The position numbers were made by a program, and so were the translations under genes. The notes below the pieces were generated by a model. The model ran no database searches. It was not told the DNA's origin and saw nothing but the letters and a program-made list of their open reading frames with translations. A stretch of DNA of 64,000 bases from Amoebidium appalachense (Eukaryota; Protista; Ichthyosporea): the NCBI GenBank assembly GCA_963693365.1, contig CAVNZM010000004.1:7291093-7355092 (forward strand). The letters run 5' to 3'. Numbering within the stretch: position 1 is the stretch's first letter; each line of letters opens with the position of its first letter. Shown piece after piece: positions 41,887-64,000 of the stretch.

Positions 41887-42366
41887 TGTAAACAACTGTA
41901 CACATGAACTGTACATGTTTACTAAAGAATGTGATCTACTAGCACACGATTCGTGCTTTGTCATGAATATCACATAAATATTATGTCCGCACCAATAGGA
42001 CTCACTCTGACCTAAGAATTGAACCATATATGGTTCTTCAGCTGCATACCACATAAACGAAGTGAACCAATAAGAGGTTTGCATAAATAGGACAAAGGTC
42101 TGACTGGCTCGGACCGCACCAGAATCACGAATGGCATGTTGCCACCCGCGCTGGCCGCGGATGAACCAATCCTGGGCCTTGATCCGAAACCTGGGGGCTA
42201 TATAAGAAAGCCGTCCCAGTACGGGGATCACATCAGTGAAGTCTGAGACAGACTGAGTCGGCCCATAGTAAAAGCAACCTGGCCGCGTGTGCCTTTCTAC
42301 CCGTTCTCTGTCTTTATTTTGATTCAGTTGTACTCTGCCTTATCCTAACTAGTCCAACTGTTTACA
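41887..42366 (+). repeat. 3' LTR (480 bp)
   Basis: Preceded by a PPT and followed by the TSD GGTAT; one visible difference from LTR1. Confidence 0.95.
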
Positions 42367-43115
42367 GGTATATATAAAGGCTTTCGTTTCTTCTTTTTGT
42401 GGTGGGAGGGAGTCCTTTGGACTTCACTTTCACTTCGATCTCTTAGCTGTCACGTCAACTTTTTTTCCCGATTCTTCACCATGGCAGGTATATAAAGGCT
42501 TTCGTTTCTTCTTTTTGTGGTGGGAGGGAGTCCCACTCAGGGGAACGTGACTGCAGCAGCGTGTGTGTGGTGTGGCCTGGTGTATTCCTACTGCTGTGAG
42601 AGTGTGGGGGCATCTCCCTTTCGCGGAGTTTCTCGCTTGAGAAGCTGTTTCTTCAACGCCTGGTGTTCCACTGCAACCTATGGTAACTTCTACACGCTGT
42701 CTATGCTTCTACGCGACCTAATATTGGCGGTGGGCTGCTGCAACTTCTTCAGCTACTTCTGCGCTGCATGAGTGGAGGGGCGGCTACTTGGTCGTCGGGG
42801 AGCTTTCCAAGTGACTGCCAGTCCTTAGCCTCCAGTCGTATGGCAATGACCGGGTTTGCTTGCATGCATTCTGTAATTGTGTTTTTCTGTGTGTCCTGCC
42901 ACAACTAGGCCACCTTATCAGAGAGCTAGATGCAGTTTCTCTGGGTTATCTAGGGGCCGGGCCCGTTGGGATTGTTTTTTAGCTCAGATTTGGTCTGCAT
43001 TGCTATTTTAGAGGCTGACTTGCTTGCTGTGCCTCGGTAGGTTTTGAGGGGGGCCTGTTGGGAAGCAGCAGTAATCATGTCTTCTTGCGGAGTGTGGTCT
43101 GGTCAACATCGATGC

Positions 43116-43912
43116 ATATGTGTCCTGTACTGCAAAACCGAAAACACCACTGAAAAAGTCTAAGAAAGCGAGTTTTGGATTGGTGCTTCGATTCGTGCTC
43201 GAATCGCCGATAAATCTCTGTCTTCGTATTCGCTAATGTTTTGTAACGTTGATGGCATTACCAGCAAATACATGTCCATTTTGATCTATCATAGTGAACA
43301 GAAGCTCCATGAAATAGATTACGTAAAAACATGTATATGGCTAGCTATTTTGCTTTGCCACCATGACGGTTGTGCTTCAAACCGTGACGTGGCATGGCAT
43401 TTGCATCCGGACTCGGGGTCTGGTTTTTTTAAATTGTCCATTGCCTGAGTATCAGCACCCCATATGGGCGTTTTAGATCATCCAATCAGCATTCTCCACA
43501 CAACTTATAAAATCTTTGGGCACATGCCTTTGTCAGTCAGTCCGCGTGTGTGAGCGGCAAGATCGAAACCGGGGACTAGTTTTCGGTTTTTGAAAACTGT
43601 TCAACTACCGGACTGGCTGGTAATTTTTTTGGCGTAACTGGTTTGCGCAAACACGTCATTAAAATCATGACGTTTATTTTTAGATCCAGGGTTAGACCGA
43701 CAGGGAACTTCAGGATGTGCGATATGTGTCCTGTACTGCTGTTTTTTTTTTTCGCCCACGGCAATAAAAAAGCATGATATTAGGCGAATGGTCTATCCTT
43801 AAAACGCACCAGTGCGCTCCCTCCCAATCGTAAACACGCGCTGACCCCCCTTTTACCCAATCAGATACCGCCCGCCCCCCTCCCTTGCGGGTGCCATATG
43901 TGTCCTGTACTG
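43116..43912. repeat. Three exact 17-bp direct repeats ATATGTGTCCTGTACTG
   Basis: Copies at 43116-43132, 43722-43738 and 43896-43912; the last is followed by TA. Confidence 0.9.
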
Positions 43913-44577
43913 TATTAGTTGGAGCAAACTAGTTTCACGCATACACGCGTACGTACACTTAAGGTTTTGCCCGCTGGTGTCCTTTGTCACTTGTCGCTTT
44001 ATTTCGTAGCTTTGGCTTTTTCAGTTCTATTGGTGGTAATGTAGCCTGTGGCTGCACGTTGCCTTCATCAACGGATTTAATAAAAACGAGTCAAAAGAAA
44101 GAAATTTAAGCACAAGGCCCTAGCAGTTAACGTAATTACTAGCGGGTGGCACGGGACGTTTTCTGATTCGCTGCCAACGGCAAAGTTGGCGGGAACTAAG
44201 CCGATTGGCAGGGCGGCACCGTTGCATTTTCTATGACACAGATTATAGAAAAAATTATTAAAATGTTTGAATGTTGCTTTGTTCAATCAAAATAATGAAT
44301 TTACGAGCTTAAGATGTGAAAATGGTTTAAATGTTTATCGCATTGGCCCTCTGGCTCATAGGCCGGCGGGCGGGCATGACGAGCCGCAAACTAGTATGTA
44401 CTGACGGTTGCTGGTCGCTCGAAGGTTCGAATTCTGCCTGTTAATTGAGTTTTTCCCACTCCCGAACTATTCAGGAGGCCCGTTCCATAATTTAGAACAA
44501 ACACTGAAGGGAAGAGATTTTTTCCCTTTCTTTTTAATATATATGCGGTGTGGCTCTGCCGGCTGTTGACAGGCAAC

Positions 44578-63971
<19,394 letters not shown>

Positions 63972-64000
63972 GTATGTAAATGTGGCCCCATACGTGCATC

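Larger units (their letters stand above)
37617..42366 (+). mobile_element. Non-autonomous Ty3/gypsy-type LTR retrotransposon with three LTRs
   Basis: 480-bp LTRs TGTAAACA...TGTTTACA at 37617-38096, 40699-41178 and 41887-42366. 5-bp TSD GGTAT at 37612-37616 and 42367-42371. PBS TGGCGACCGCG at 38098. PPT AAGGGGGG(G)AG precedes LTR2 and LTR3. Degenerate RT remnant AGLKLKGKKCSLFMKEVAF at ~40115-40171, duplicated at ~41305-41361. No intact gag/pol. Confidence 0.95.

Noticed and set aside
37575-42231. Thrice-repeated ~130-aa minus-strand ORF (MIPVLGRLSY...)
   Set aside because: It is the antisense reading of the LTR with a GTG start and a different C-terminus in each copy.

Overview
Eukaryotic genomic window that is intron-rich and packed with poly-G/poly-C and (CA/TG)n tracts. 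The gene content suggests a unicellular holozoan such as an ichthyosporean, but this is inference only. Nearly all ORFs in the supplied track are microsatellite artefacts. Manual splicing gives five protein-coding genes: (1) an SH3BP5/Sab-family Rab11-GEF gene (minus strand, 8 exons, runs off the left edge); (2, 3) two essentially intronless Con7-like C2H2 transcription-factor paralogues (9.7-10.8 kb +, 30.9-31.8 kb -); (4) a 216-aa Ala/Pro-rich orphan gene (-); (5) an HLTF/Rad5-type HIRAN-SNF2-RING helicase (22 exons, runs off the right edge). Mobile DNA comprises a non-autonomous Ty3/gypsy element with three 480-bp LTRs and a GGTAT target-site duplication, a 675-bp TTAA-flanked fold-back MITE inside an intron, and a Helitron-like 3' end. 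The most notable unexplained signals are: a recurrent TATA...TCAGT(Inr) core promoter with 32-34 bp spacing at four independent loci; unusual splice-signal architecture (2 GC-AG introns, acceptors without a pyrimidine tract, weak donors fused to homopolymers); and a small structured repeat found only in introns. Several coding frameshifts fall on homopolymer runs and are most likely assembly errors. No database searches were run; family calls rest on recalled motifs.
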